From an uncultured bacterium (GTDB taxonomy: Bacteria > Hydrothermota > UBA3072 > B12-G15), in the NCBI GenBank assembly GCA_964596115.1, contig CAZQRW010000001.1, positions 9,114 through 73,113 of the forward strand: 64,000 bases of DNA, in the 5' to 3' direction. Positions within the stretch are counted from its first letter, which is position 1. The number at the start of each line of letters is the position of its first letter. Shown in pieces: positions 19,046 to 30,073 of this stretch. The position numbers and the translations under genes are program-made. The notes under the pieces are model-generated. The model worked only from the letters and a program-made list of their open reading frames with translations. It was not told the origin of the DNA and ran no database searches.

Positions 19046-19098
19046 ATCTTAATAATTACCATAGTTCAAAGCCAATGTCAATAGACAAAAATATGTCT
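19046..19098 (-). promoter_or_regulatory. Promoter of the chemosensory operon. In minus orientation: TTGACA (plus-strand 19076-19081), 17-nt spacer, TAATTA (19053-19058), start codon 7 nt later (leaderless). Palindrome AGACA-N6-TGTCT (19083-19098) sits 1 nt upstream of the -35.
   Basis: Read directly from the sequence. Confidence 0.5.
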
Positions 19099-19174
19099 GT
19101 CTTCATCACACTACAGAATTTTAGACTTGACTTTTGGAACATAAAAAATAAATTACAGTAAAAAAGGAGGCTAT

Positions 19175-20230
19175 ATGCGAAGGAATATTTTGTTGTTAGT
19201 CACAGTTATTTTCATTGGTTTTTTATTCGTTGGTGGAGGTTGTGAGAGCCAGTACCTTACTGCAGGGAAAGTGTATAGGCAATCTGGTCAGTATGATAAG
19301 GCGATTGAGCAGTTTAAACTGGCAATAAAAGCAGAACCTCAGAATGCAAAGGCTTACCTCTGGTTAGGGAGAACCTACGGAGATAAAAATATGTGGAAGG
19401 AAGCAGCAGAGAATTTTGATAAGGCTTATAAGCTCAATAAAGAAGAAACTGCGAAAGAAATTAAAGCGGAGAAATCTATACCAAATCCATATTGGATTGC
19501 ATATTATAATGCAGGTCTAATGTGCTTTAAAGAAAAAGATTATGAAAATTCTAAGAAATATGTGGAGGATGCTCTCAAAATTGCAAGCAATAAAAAAGAA
19601 AAAACTGATACATATCTTCTCTATGGTTCCATTTTGAACGCTATGGGTGATGAGAAGGGAGCAATGGAAAAATATAAGGAAGTATTAAAGATTGACCCAA
19701 AAAATGCCCTGGCATATCAAAAAATAGGAGGTTATTATATTAATAATAACAAAATTAAAGAGAGTATTCCATACTTAGAAAAAGCAACGGAACTCGATTC
19801 AACGAATTCAAGTTTCTTTTTTATTCTTGGTTATGGTTATTTAAGAAATGGTGAAATGGAAAAGGCTGTGAATGCATTCAAACGCTCAATCGAAATTGAT
19901 TCTACGAATGCTTCTGCATACCATGATCTGGCAATAACATATTTCAATATGAAAAAAATCAAGGAAGGAATAGAGCCACTTAAAAAGGCTATTGAACTTT
20001 ACAATAAAAATGGTGTCCCCAATGATGATGCATATAACAGGCTTGGATTAGCTTATTACCAACTAAAGGATTATACTAATGCGATAAGTGTATCAAAAGA
20101 GGCACTGGAGAAAAACCCAAATAATTGTGAGGCGATAAAGATAATTGTTCAGTGTTATAGCGACCAGGGTCAGAGAAAATTGGGGGAGAAATACTACAAG
20201 ATATTAAAAGAAAGATGTCCAAATCAATAA
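19175..20230 (+). CDS. TPR-repeat lipoprotein.
   Basis: Signal peptide with lipobox-like FVGGGC, multiple TPR units, strong SD AAGGAGG. Confidence 0.75.
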   Translation: MRRNILLLVTVIFIGFLFVGGGCESQYLTAGKVYRQSGQYDKAIEQFKLAIKAEPQNAKAYLWLGRTYGDKNMWKEAAENFDKAYKLNKEETAKEIKAEKSIPNPYWIAYYNAGLMCFKEKDYENSKKYVEDALKIASNKKEKTDTYLLYGSILNAMGDEKGAMEKYKEVLKIDPKNALAYQKIGGYYINNNKIKESIPYLEKATELDSTNSSFFFILGYGYLRNGEMEKAVNAFKRSIEIDSTNASAYHDLAITYFNMKKIKEGIEPLKKAIELYNKNGVPNDDAYNRLGLAYYQLKDYTNAISVSKEALEKNPNNCEAIKIIVQCYSDQGQRKLGEKYYKILKERCPNQ

Positions 20231-20234
20231 GACA

Positions 20235-20264
20235 ATAGGGGGCTTTTGCCCCCTATTTTATATT
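20235..20264 (+). terminator. Rho-independent terminator-like hairpin (ATAGGGGG-CTTTTG-CCCCCTAT) followed by a T-rich run.
   Basis: Perfect 8-bp GC-rich stem plus TTTTATATT. It ends 1 nt before the ATG of the next ORF. Confidence 0.6.
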
Positions 20265-20918
20265 ATGTTTTTTTTACCTCTCTCGATAATAGTATTCATT
20301 CTCTTTGTGCTTCTTTTCCCCATTTTTCTTATAATGCTGCAGTTTGGGATAGCAGGTGCAGTATTTTCCAAGCTTGGTCTCTCTCCTTCTATGGGAATTT
20401 TAATATACGCAATTTCTCTAATTGGGAGTGGTATAAACATCCCTATCGTAAAAAAATACAATGTGATTTCAAATAATACTGATTATTTTATCAAAAAATA
20501 CCTGGGTTTTCCAAAATCAATAAGTTATAGTGTGATTGCTATCAATGTAGGTGGAGCAATAATACCTATGCTATTGTCAATATACTTATTCAGATTTGTC
20601 CCTGTCTGGAGAATTATAGTTGCAACAGGGATTATAACAGCCATTGCTTACTTTATAGCAAAGCCTGTAACAGGAATAGGGATAACACTACCTGCACTGG
20701 TCCCGCCAATATTCAGTGCAATTATTAGCCTTCTTTTGTTCCCCCAGAATCCTGCTCCCCTTGCATATATTAGTGGCGTGATAGGAACATTGATTGGTGC
20801 AGATCTTTTACATCTCAAAGATGTCACAAAAATGGGAGTAGGTGTTATGAGTATAGGAGGAGCTGGGGTGTTCGACGGTATTTTTCTTGTAGGCATAATT
20901 GCAGTACTTCTTGCGTAG
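20265..20918 (+). CDS. Integral membrane protein (possibly DUF1614-like).
   Basis: Six or more hydrophobic helices. Family assignment is from memory only. Confidence 0.45.
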   Translation: MFFLPLSIIVFILFVLLFPIFLIMLQFGIAGAVFSKLGLSPSMGILIYAISLIGSGINIPIVKKYNVISNNTDYFIKKYLGFPKSISYSVIAINVGGAIIPMLLSIYLFRFVPVWRIIVATGIITAIAYFIAKPVTGIGITLPALVPPIFSAIISLLLFPQNPAPLAYISGVIGTLIGADLLHLKDVTKMGVGVMSIGGAGVFDGIFLVGIIAVLLA

Positions 20919-20923
20919 AGTGA

Positions 20924-22297
20924 TCAAGATTTTGAGAGAAATCGACGCGGTAGTTTTATCAGTTTTTGTGGATAATTGCGGAGTGTCCAGATAAGTCTAT
21001 GTTTTTTTATTGCCCTAAAAATTTCTTTTGTGAGCCATGATGGCCTCAGATAAAATAATGCGTAGGCTTTGGAGGTCAAATAACTGAGGTCCCTTGGTGT
21101 GAGATAATCTGTCTTAAAAACACTGTGCATACCATCAAATAGATGCCAATCCTTTATAAAAATTCTATCCTTTACGAAGTCGTAAAGCGCAGTTCCTGGA
21201 TACGGTGTAAGAACTGAAAATTGTGCAGCATCCGCCTTGAGCTTTCTTGCAAAGGAAATCGTTTTATTAATCATCTTCTTTGTCTCTGAAACAGCCCCAA
21301 ACATGAATGATGCCCAAACTCTTATACCATATTTTTTTAGTAACCTGACTGCCTTTATAAAGATTTCTTTACCTTCTTTTTTATGATAGAATTTCAGAAT
21401 TGTATCATCTGGGCTCTCCATACCTATAAATATCATATAAGCACCTGATTTTGCCATTTTTTTCACCATATCCTCGTTTCTAACAATAATATCTGCCCTA
21501 GACAATGCCCACCAGGATATATTCAGTTTTCTTTTTATTATCTCTTCACTTATAGCAATAGTTCTTTCAGGGCTAAGTGTAAAATTATCATCCATGAAGT
21601 CCACTGCTTTATAGCCATACACATATTTTAATTGTTCAATTTCATCTACAACTGACCCTGGAGAGCGTGCCCTCCATCTTCTCCCCCCGAATAGAGAAGA
21701 AGAGCAGAAAAAACAATTAAATGGACAACCCCTTGAAGTTATCATTGTTGTCATAGGCATTTCATTTAAGTGCGTGTGGTACTTATCTAGCTTTAGCAAT
21801 TCTCTTGCAGGAAAGGGAAGATCATCAATTGGATTTGGCGGTAACGCATTAGGAGTCCTTAAGATTTTACCATTGGATCTATAAGAAATACCATTGATTT
21901 CTTCTATTGGCTTTTTCTTTTCAATGTGTTTGACTAAATCGCGGAAGACATATTCGCCTTCGCCTCTGACTACGTAATCTATCAATCCTGTATTAAGCAC
22001 ATCTTCGTCCAGGAAGGTAGCATGGTAGCCACCCATAACTGTAGTAGCACCACTCATCTTTGCCTCTTTTGCTATTTTTAATGCCTCGGGATATGTTGGA
22101 GTTAAAGATGAAATTCCAACGATAGAGTAGTCGGAGTAGTTTATAGGAGTAGTATCAACATTTTTATCGAGAATTTCAACATCATAATTATCATTTTTGA
22201 GAACTGCGGCAATATATGCAAGTCCAAGAGGGGGCATATCTGCACCGACTTCTGAATAAAGATCAAATGTAGGAGGATTTATCAATAATATCTTCAT
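20924..22297 (-). CDS. B12-binding radical SAM protein.
   Basis: N-terminal B12-binding Rossmann-like region (MKILLINPP...LGLAYIAAVL) and CxxxCxxC (TSRGCPFNCFFCSS). Confidence 0.8.
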   Translation of the reverse strand: MKILLINPPTFDLYSEVGADMPPLGLAYIAAVLKNDNYDVEILDKNVDTTPINYSDYSIVGISSLTPTYPEALKIAKEAKMSGATTVMGGYHATFLDEDVLNTGLIDYVVRGEGEYVFRDLVKHIEKKKPIEEINGISYRSNGKILRTPNALPPNPIDDLPFPARELLKLDKYHTHLNEMPMTTMITSRGCPFNCFFCSSSLFGGRRWRARSPGSVVDEIEQLKYVYGYKAVDFMDDNFTLSPERTIAISEEIIKRKLNISWWALSRADIIVRNEDMVKKMAKSGAYMIFIGMESPDDTILKFYHKKEGKEIFIKAVRLLKKYGIRVWASFMFGAVSETKKMINKTISFARKLKADAAQFSVLTPYPGTALYDFVKDRIFIKDWHLFDGMHSVFKTDYLTPRDLSYLTSKAYALFYLRPSWLTKEIFRAIKKHRLIWTLRNYPQKLIKLPRRFLSKS

Positions 22298-22373
22298 TTA
22301 TCTTCCTTTGTGTATTATATATGTAAATATGATATTGTCAATAATAGATTTTATGCATACTTATCGGAAACGT

Positions 22374-24527
22374 CTATAATGATTGGAGAATAAATGACTC
22401 TGGTGGAATGGATAATTGTATGGGATGCTTTCCAAGGAATTCTGGGAATTTTACATCTTCTTTTATCTCATTTTTACTCTTGTTAATTCCTACTATTACC
22501 ATATCACTAAAATATTTTTTTAGATATATGATGTAATTATCGTCTGTCTTTAGAAGGAAGAATCTTCCCCTTGAAAGCGAGGGATGAAGTTCTCTCGCCT
22601 TGCCGAGTTTTTTTACTGAGGAGAATAATTTTATTTCGTTATCACTAAGGCGATTGAATTTCATCATTCTCCTATTATCTGGATCTCCAGCACCAGGAAG
22701 TCCAATTTCGTCTCCATAGTATATTAGCGGATTGCCTGATTGTGTAAGTAGAAAAGCAAAAGCAAGTTCAGTCATCCTATAAGCCTTTTTTTTCGGTATA
22801 CCCGGGGGATTGGAAAAGGCAATTTTCTTCTCATTCCCATTAAGGTCTCCATTGGCAAGGCTTATAAACCTACCAAAATCGTGAGTGCCCATAAGAGGTG
22901 CCCAAATACCCGTAGAAAATTTGTTTATTGATTCCATAGTTTCCTGTGCCAAGTATTTAAAACTTTTATTATTACCAAAACAATCTCTAATTACCCAATA
23001 GAGAGGAAAATCAAATTGTCCATCAAGTTCTGCAGGCGAAATCCAATCCAATATTTTATCTCTTGAAGAGATCGTTTCACCTATGAACCATACCCTCTTC
23101 TTAAATTTTTTCTGAATGGCACACCTTAAATCTCTCCAGAATTTATGGGGGATATGTTTTACAGCATCGAGTCTGAACCCATCTGCGTTCGTTTTTGTAA
23201 TCCAATATACTCCATACTTTACCATATATTGAATAGCACTATCTGAATTTTCGTAGTCAAAGGATGGAAGAAAAATATCAAACCATGTTGTGTACGGATA
23301 TTTATCAAACTGTCTAATATTTTTGGTCCCATCAGGTAAAATCAGGGAAGTAAACCAATTTTTGTGTTTTTTGTAAATGGGGTTTTCAATATGAGTATGG
23401 TTAAAAACCATGTCAAGAAACACAAGGATTTTATGTTTATGTGCAGTTTTTACCAGTTTTTGTAATTCTGTCATTGTTCCAAATCTATCGTCAATGTTGT
23501 AAAAATCTACAGGCCAATATCCGTGGTAACCAGTAAATTTTCTATGTGGTGGAAGGACATCCTTGTATGCCTTATCAGTATTTTTAATAGTTGGAGATAT
23601 CCAGAGTAAACCTACGCCTAAAGAATCGAAATATCCACTCTCTATTTTCTTTGTAATTCCAACAAAATCCCCACCCATAAAATTTGCCCTGGGGTCAACT
23701 TCAGCATCCCTCACGGGTCTATCATTATCTTTTTTTCCATCAAAAAATCTATCCGTCATCGCAAAATAGATAATTCTTCCTTTGAAATCATTTTTGGGAA
23801 ACGCAAAGGCAAATGGGAGAGACGGATTGCCTGCATTGTCTATGCCGATTATTCGAAAGAAATGTTTACCAATTCCAATTTTTAGTTTCAAGACGCCACT
23901 TTTTAAGGAGTATTTCTCTCGTGTAAGAATTTTGTCTCCATCAATTACAATAGCGTCTGTAACTGGTTTAGAAAAAGCAAAGGTAGACTCATTGATATCA
24001 TTAACGAAAAAGTTATCACCTTTAACCTCTACAACCGAGTTAAACCCTCCAAAACCGTCAGGAGACATTTTTGGGTTTTCAGGGTCTTGAACCCAATTTC
24101 CATCTATAACAAATTTATACTGATAGGTTCCAGGGATAAGTTCTATCTGTTTCTCAAAATATTCCCCCATTTGTTCCATTTTGATGCTATGGGGATTAAA
24201 ACTATTGAAGCTTCCTGCAAGATAGACGTTTTTTTCGTTGCCCTTTGATTTATATTTGAAGAGGACTTTTTTAGCCTTGCTGACTAATAACAAAATACTC
24301 TTAACAGAACTACCACCCGAAGTAAAGACAAATTTTAATTTTGCTTTTCCGATATTTTTTCTTAATAGAAAGAATACATTCCCTGATGACAGAGGAGATA
24401 TATTTACGTTTGAGGAATCTAATACATATATATCTGAGATAGGTTCTATAAAATATTTTGAGAAATTGACAATTGTTGGTTCACCTACTGGAAGATTTAA
24501 AATTGGCAAAAAAAGGAGGCTATACAT
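22374..24527 (-). CDS. GH13 alpha-amylase-family enzyme with an N-terminal CBM48/E-set glycogen-binding module (debranching or pullulanase-type candidate).
   Basis: CBM48-like YQYKFVIDGNWVQDPENP. GH13 regions I-IV: VFLDMVFNHT, GFRLDAVKHI, FIGETI, MGTHDFGRF. Confidence 0.85.
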   Translation of the reverse strand: MYSLLFLPILNLPVGEPTIVNFSKYFIEPISDIYVLDSSNVNISPLSSGNVFFLLRKNIGKAKLKFVFTSGGSSVKSILLLVSKAKKVLFKYKSKGNEKNVYLAGSFNSFNPHSIKMEQMGEYFEKQIELIPGTYQYKFVIDGNWVQDPENPKMSPDGFGGFNSVVEVKGDNFFVNDINESTFAFSKPVTDAIVIDGDKILTREKYSLKSGVLKLKIGIGKHFFRIIGIDNAGNPSLPFAFAFPKNDFKGRIIYFAMTDRFFDGKKDNDRPVRDAEVDPRANFMGGDFVGITKKIESGYFDSLGVGLLWISPTIKNTDKAYKDVLPPHRKFTGYHGYWPVDFYNIDDRFGTMTELQKLVKTAHKHKILVFLDMVFNHTHIENPIYKKHKNWFTSLILPDGTKNIRQFDKYPYTTWFDIFLPSFDYENSDSAIQYMVKYGVYWITKTNADGFRLDAVKHIPHKFWRDLRCAIQKKFKKRVWFIGETISSRDKILDWISPAELDGQFDFPLYWVIRDCFGNNKSFKYLAQETMESINKFSTGIWAPLMGTHDFGRFISLANGDLNGNEKKIAFSNPPGIPKKKAYRMTELAFAFLLTQSGNPLIYYGDEIGLPGAGDPDNRRMMKFNRLSDNEIKLFSSVKKLGKARELHPSLSRGRFFLLKTDDNYIIYLKKYFSDMVIVGINKSKNEIKEDVKFPEFLGKHPIQLSIPPESFILQSL

Positions 24528-26136
24528 AATATTTTGATGTTAAAAATTCAAATATTTTGTTCCTATCTTCAAGTTCCTTTAGGAATATTCTGTCACCTTC
24601 ATTGTGTTTTTTCTTATCCAGCATTAATTTTAGCTTGTTGAAGTTTTCGTAATGTTCAGAGATCCTATTCTCTGCATAATCTTTGGCACTTAATGTACTA
24701 ATTAGGAATTCCCAGTCCGAAGACTCAAGAAGTAACAATTCCCTTGCCATTAGATCCTTTACTTTATCATTTCCTTGTTTTTTAGCAACATTAAGCATAA
24801 TTTTTTCCGCATCATATATCTTTTTCCAAACCCATTTTGTCGAATCGTTTAACCAAATCCAGTGGAATCCTCCCTTTCCCCAAGAACCTTCAGGAAGTTT
24901 TATTACCTCTTCAGGCTGATTATTTTTAAGGTAATTAGCAGGGGTGTTCAAATCAACAAAAGAATTCTTGAATCCTTCAATTAATCTTTTTAAAAACTGA
25001 GGTCCTTCAAACCACCAGTGGCCAAAAAGTTCAGTATCATATGGGGCAGCTATGAAAATATTGTTATCTTTCTTGAGGATTTCTTCAACCAGACCTTTAA
25101 AGTGGGATGAGTGGCTGAGGAGTCTCTCTTCAACTCTTTCAGGTTCGTAAATTTTTTTGTCGGCAAGGTCATATTTAGGGTTCGTTACCCTCCAATACCT
25201 ATGACCACTTGGGAATTTCTTTTTGTGAAATTCAAGATACCATTCGTCCCCAGGATATCCGTGTTCTCCACTCCAAACCTGGAGTCCAGTCTTTTTATCC
25301 CTCCCAAATACGAATAAAGGCCTCTCTTCTGAATCCAGTCGATAAGGCTGATAGATGTTCAAGGGTTTTTTATTTGGTATTAATTCATTTTTCATTCTAT
25401 CGTAAATTATTCTTAATCCTTCAAATTTCTCTAAATAAACCCCAATTGCTTCACCACCTTCAATAAGATGAGAGTCAACAAAAAAGAATTTTAAGTCGTA
25501 CTTTGATAGAAAATACTCTATTCCTTTTCTTTTACTCTCTTCTCCCGTTATAGGGTTTTTCCATCTATAACCTGGTCTATAGGCGGATTCAGGCAGCCAA
25601 ATCCCTTGAGGCTTTTTACCAAAAAACCTCTCGTATGCCTCCACGCCTACCCTGATTTGAACATCTATACATTTGTCGTATCCTAAAAGAGGTAGGTAGC
25701 CATGCGTAGCAGCTGAAGTGATAATATCAATTTTCTCGTCATGTAAGAGTTGTTTAAATCTGGTGGCTATATCAAGGTTTGAATTTAATTGATGAGAATA
25801 AAAAGTTACCCAAAAATTCGCAACCTTCTTATACATTATCTGATTAGACTTATTAAAATAATTTAAGTCCTCCTTTGCTGAAAGCAATCTCTCTTTGAGG
25901 TAATTTCTAAAGATATTTATAAAGCGTTGAGACCTCAACTGTTCCAATAGGACAGGTGTTACAGAAAATGTAAGTATATTTTTACCTTCGGATTTCTCGA
26001 GGACATCTAAAAGTGGCAGGTAAGATTCTGAAGCAGCTTCGAGTAGATATATCAATCCATGAGGCCATTTTCCGTAACCAATTACATATGGAATATGGGA
26101 ATGGAGAACAATTCCAAGGTTCTTCCCCAATGTCAT
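24520..26136 (-). CDS. GH57-family enzyme, probable GH57-type 1,4-alpha-glucan branching enzyme.
   Basis: N-terminal GH57 motif [19 protein letters not shown], about 540 aa, overlaps the GH13 gene by 8 nt. Confidence 0.75.
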   Translation of the reverse strand: MTLGKNLGIVLHSHIPYVIGYGKWPHGLIYLLEAASESYLPLLDVLEKSEGKNILTFSVTPVLLEQLRSQRFINIFRNYLKERLLSAKEDLNYFNKSNQIMYKKVANFWVTFYSHQLNSNLDIATRFKQLLHDEKIDIITSAATHGYLPLLGYDKCIDVQIRVGVEAYERFFGKKPQGIWLPESAYRPGYRWKNPITGEESKRKGIEYFLSKYDLKFFFVDSHLIEGGEAIGVYLEKFEGLRIIYDRMKNELIPNKKPLNIYQPYRLDSEERPLFVFGRDKKTGLQVWSGEHGYPGDEWYLEFHKKKFPSGHRYWRVTNPKYDLADKKIYEPERVEERLLSHSSHFKGLVEEILKKDNNIFIAAPYDTELFGHWWFEGPQFLKRLIEGFKNSFVDLNTPANYLKNNQPEEVIKLPEGSWGKGGFHWIWLNDSTKWVWKKIYDAEKIMLNVAKKQGNDKVKDLMARELLLLESSDWEFLISTLSAKDYAENRISEHYENFNKLKLMLDKKKHNEGDRIFLKELEDRNKIFEFLTSKYYV

Positions 26137-28568
26137 ACCTCAGTAGATATAGCTTCCGAAGAGAGAAATATTAGCTTATCGCCCTGCCTTGAAACGATGA
26201 TTTTCTTACCCTTCTGCCATTTTCCTCTTAGGATCTCTTCTGCCAATGGATCCTCAAGATACCTCTGAAGTGTCCTATAAAGAGGACGTGCCCCATATAC
26301 AGGATCGAATCCTCTCTCTATGATGAGCTCTTTTGCTTCTTCAGTAAGAGAAATTTCATAGCCCTTTTCTTTAATGCGAGCTGCGATTTCCTGAAAGAGG
26401 ATTTCAACTATTTTTTTCATTGTTTCTTTTTCGAGTGAATGAAATACAACAATCTCATCGACTCTGTTGAGAAATTCTGGATTAAATGTTCTTTTAAGTT
26501 CTTCTATTAGATACTCCTTCATCTTATCATAAGAGACATCGGTCTCACTTTCTCTTCTGAACCCAAGCGTGCCTCCCTTGCCAATATTCTTAGTTCCTAT
26601 GTTTGAAGTCATAATAATAACACAATTTTTAAAGCTGACCTTTCTTCCATATGCATCAGTAAGAATACCATCATCAAGAATTTGAAGGAGTAAGTTAAAG
26701 ACCTCAGGATGGGCCTTTTCAATTTCATCAAAGAGAACAACACTGTATGGCCTTCGCCTTACTTTTTCTGTCAATTGTCCACCTTCATCGTATCCCACAT
26801 AACCTGGAGGAGCACCAATTAACTTTGAAACATTAAATTTTTCCATATATTCACTCATGTCTAACCTGACAAGGGAGTTCTCACTATTGAAGAGGAACAT
26901 TGCCAGCTGTCTTGCAAGTTCTGTTTTGCCTACACCGGTTGGGCCAAGAAATATAAAAGAGCCAATAGGTTTTCTTGGATCCTTCAACCCTGTTCTACCT
27001 CTTCTTATTGCCTTTGCAACGAATTCAATTGCTTCATCCTGTCCCACTATCCTCTTCTTTAATTCTTCTTCCATTCGTAGAAGTTTTTCCGCTTCTTTTT
27101 CTTCAAGTTTAAGTAGTGGAATACCAGTCCACATAGAGATAATGTACCTTATATCTTCCTCGCTGACATTTCCGACGAACTCTGCTTTCGAGGATCTCCA
27201 CTTTTCTGTTTTTTCGTTTATTTTTTTCTCGAGTTCTTCTTTTTTATCCCGTAATTGAATTGCCTTTTCATAGTTACCCTTGTCCCTTGCATCTTTTAAT
27301 TTTAGCTTTACATCTCTCAATTTTTCCTCAAGGTTCAGAACTTCTTCAGGCATCTTAAGGTTTGCAAGTTTAACTCGTGCCCCTGCCTCATCAAGAACAT
27401 CAATTGCCTTATCCGGAAGATATCTATCATTTATATATCTATCAGAGAGCTTTGCAGCAGCCTCAAGCGCTTCTTGCGAGTACTTTACTCTATGATGTTC
27501 TTCATATCGAGGCTTTAATCCTATAAGAATTTTTAAGGTGTCTTTTACAGTAGGTGGATCTACAATTATAATCTGGAATCTTCTTTCCAGGGCGCCATCT
27601 TTCTCAATATATTTTCTATATTCCTCCATAGTTGTTGCTCCAATACATTGAATTTCTCCTCTTGCAAGAGCAGGTTTTAACATATTTGACGCATCAATTG
27701 CTCCCTCAGCGGCTCCCGCACCTACTATCGTATGAAGTTCGTCTATAAAAAGAATTATATTGGAGGATTCTTCTATTTCATTTAGGATTGCTTTTAATCT
27801 TTCTTCAAACTGCCCTCTATATTTTGTTCCAGCAATCACTGCGGCGAGGTCAAGACTCAATACCCTTTTGTTTAATAAGGGATCTGGAACATCGTTCCGT
27901 GATATTTTTTGGGCAAGTCCCTCCACAATGGCAGTCTTGCCAACGCCTGCTTCACCTATTAAAACAGGATTATTTTTCTTTCTCCTTGAAAGTATTTGTA
28001 TTACCCTTTCTATTTCTGTTTTTCTCCCTATAATAGGATCAAGTTTCCCATTGGCGGCAAGCTGAGTTAAATCTCTGGTATAATAATCAAGGGCTGTCGT
28101 TCTCTGAGACCTTCCTTTTCCTCTTTTTCTATTCAGAATGGTGAGGAGGATGTTTCTGGCTTTCATTATATCAAGACCGAACTCTAATAAAACTTCACTT
28201 GCCAGTGAATCCTGAATGCCAATAATACCAAGGAGTAAATGCTCTACACCAATGATATTTTGCCCAAGTTGCCTTGCCTCTCTTTTTGCTAATTCCATAG
28301 CATCTAGTGCATCCTTAGAAAAATCAATTCTTGAACCGGGTATTACAAGCTCTTCATTTCCAACATTTTGTTCTAATTCTCTCCTTAGTGATATGATATC
28401 AACATCCCCATCCTTCATAATAGAAACACCCAGGTTTTGTCCCTCATAAATAATACCAAGTAAGAGTATCTCCGGGGTTATTTTATCAAGATTCCTCTTT
28501 CTTGCCTCAACCTCAGCAAGACTTAATACTCTATGTAGCTGTTCGCTAAACCTTGGATCCCTAAACAT
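26133..28568 (-). CDS. clpC: ATP-dependent Clp protease ATP-binding subunit ClpC.
   Basis: Clp_N repeats, two AAA+ modules ([27 protein letters not shown]), UVR-like linker. 811 aa. Confidence 0.9.
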   Translation of the reverse strand: MFRDPRFSEQLHRVLSLAEVEARKRNLDKITPEILLLGIIYEGQNLGVSIMKDGDVDIISLRRELEQNVGNEELVIPGSRIDFSKDALDAMELAKREARQLGQNIIGVEHLLLGIIGIQDSLASEVLLEFGLDIMKARNILLTILNRKRGKGRSQRTTALDYYTRDLTQLAANGKLDPIIGRKTEIERVIQILSRRKKNNPVLIGEAGVGKTAIVEGLAQKISRNDVPDPLLNKRVLSLDLAAVIAGTKYRGQFEERLKAILNEIEESSNIILFIDELHTIVGAGAAEGAIDASNMLKPALARGEIQCIGATTMEEYRKYIEKDGALERRFQIIIVDPPTVKDTLKILIGLKPRYEEHHRVKYSQEALEAAAKLSDRYINDRYLPDKAIDVLDEAGARVKLANLKMPEEVLNLEEKLRDVKLKLKDARDKGNYEKAIQLRDKKEELEKKINEKTEKWRSSKAEFVGNVSEEDIRYIISMWTGIPLLKLEEKEAEKLLRMEEELKKRIVGQDEAIEFVAKAIRRGRTGLKDPRKPIGSFIFLGPTGVGKTELARQLAMFLFNSENSLVRLDMSEYMEKFNVSKLIGAPPGYVGYDEGGQLTEKVRRRPYSVVLFDEIEKAHPEVFNLLLQILDDGILTDAYGRKVSFKNCVIIMTSNIGTKNIGKGGTLGFRRESETDVSYDKMKEYLIEELKRTFNPEFLNRVDEIVVFHSLEKETMKKIVEILFQEIAARIKEKGYEISLTEEAKELIIERGFDPVYGARPLYRTLQRYLEDPLAEEILRGKWQKGKKIIVSRQGDKLIFLSSEAISTEV

Positions 28569-28569
28569 A

Positions 28570-29613
28570 CTACCTCCCTATTCTATTACTAATTATTGTA
28601 GCTCTTTTTTGATTTTCAAGGGTAGGATTAATTTTTTTGTCAGAGGAAAATCTTATGTGAAAGGGTTGGGTAAAAAACTGTAGTCTATTTATTTCTTGTA
28701 TATCTATACCCTTTATTATTCCATAACCGATGCCCAATCTAATAGCGGAGAGGAGATTTAGGCATTCTCCCATTTCTAATAATTTTGCATTTGTCAGGAT
28801 GCCGTAGGCTCTTTTTACCCTATCCTCTATTTCGAGAGGAAGGTTATCCATTAAAAATGCGCGTGCATTGTATTCCTTTTTCACGATGTCTTCAGCATTT
28901 TTTCTTACAATCTCTATAATATCTTCTTCGCTAATACCAAGTGTTTGTTTATTCCTCAGATAAAAAAGACTACCTAATGCCTTATCGCGTTCCTCAAATG
29001 CAGGCAAAATAGACAATCTCTTTTTTGTGAGAGACTCTGACAGTTCCCTTATTCCTTCTGCTATTACGAGACCAGGTATATGAAGCAGAACGGAAATAGT
29101 CAAACCTGATCCAGTGTAATTAGAAGATGCAGTAAGATAACCAAATTCTTTGTCAAAACCAATTTTGAACTCCTTAGAAATTTTAAGATGAGCCCCCAAA
29201 CACTTTTCAAAGGAGTCTTCAAAATTCAGCCCTGGTGATATATAATATATCTTTATATGTTCAACGTCATTTATTATTATACCTGAATTTTCCTCATTAT
29301 TTATCATTATAGCCTTATTGGAAGGCTCTGAGATGAAACCCAGACCAACGTGGTTTCGCTCATAAAGGAGCTCCCTCTCATCCGCGATCAATTCATCTGC
29401 CTTGTAAAAATGACTGAAGTCTTCTCTTAAACTATCAAAATTTTCAAAACAATTTATGATTTCTTTTAATTGTGGTTGATCTGCTTTATTGACAAATTTG
29501 TACGTGTCAATATTTCTCCTGAGTGTAATTCTCGTTGAAAGGACAACATCATTGAATTTTCCTACTTCAGAAAGATAAAAGGGAATATTCGAAAGGAATT
29601 CTTTAACTTCCAT
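28570..29613 (-). CDS. mcsB: Protein arginine kinase McsB (ATP:guanido phosphotransferase family).
   Basis: [25 protein letters not shown] matches the phosphagen-kinase active-site loop. 347 aa. Positioned between mcsA and clpC. Confidence 0.8.
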   Translation of the reverse strand: MEVKEFLSNIPFYLSEVGKFNDVVLSTRITLRRNIDTYKFVNKADQPQLKEIINCFENFDSLREDFSHFYKADELIADERELLYERNHVGLGFISEPSNKAIMINNEENSGIIINDVEHIKIYYISPGLNFEDSFEKCLGAHLKISKEFKIGFDKEFGYLTASSNYTGSGLTISVLLHIPGLVIAEGIRELSESLTKKRLSILPAFEERDKALGSLFYLRNKQTLGISEEDIIEIVRKNAEDIVKKEYNARAFLMDNLPLEIEDRVKRAYGILTNAKLLEMGECLNLLSAIRLGIGYGIIKGIDIQEINRLQFFTQPFHIRFSSDKKINPTLENQKRATIISNRIGR

Positions 29614-30073
29614 TGGCTTTTAATTCCTTTTCAAACTTCTCTATTTCGTTTCTTATTTTTATTGCATCCTCATATTTTTCATCCTCTACGTATTGCTCGA
29701 GTTTTTTTCTTAATATTCTTAGATTCTTTTTTATAGTGAGAATGCGTTCATCCTGCTTAATTCCAGTCCCTTTGTAATAGTCGCTGCCGTGAATCTCTTT
29801 AAAAATAGTGTATAGCTTTGGTCTAAATGCATTATAGCAGGTAGTACACCCAAATATATGGGTATCTTCAAATTCCTCAAATGTAAGGCCGCACACAGGA
29901 CACTGAGGAATAAAGTTCTCATCGATTTCTTTTTTTTCTTCATCAATATGGGGCTTTAAGATTCCCATTTCTCTCGCACAATCTTTACAGAGGTGAATAA
30001 TCCTTGTGCCATCTTTTGTGACCTCTACAAAGTTTATTTCTGCTTTTCTCTTACCGCACCTATCGCATTTCAT
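29603..30073 (-). CDS. mcsA: McsA, activator of protein arginine kinase (zinc-finger plus UVR domain).
   Basis: Four CxxC pairs (CDRCG, CKDC, CPVCG, CTTC) and C-terminal UVR motif EKYEDAIKIRNEIEKFEKEL. Alignable to Bacillus McsA. Confidence 0.75.
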   Translation of the reverse strand: MKCDRCGKRKAEINFVEVTKDGTRIIHLCKDCAREMGILKPHIDEEKKEIDENFIPQCPVCGLTFEEFEDTHIFGCTTCYNAFRPKLYTIFKEIHGSDYYKGTGIKQDERILTIKKNLRILRKKLEQYVEDEKYEDAIKIRNEIEKFEKELKANGS

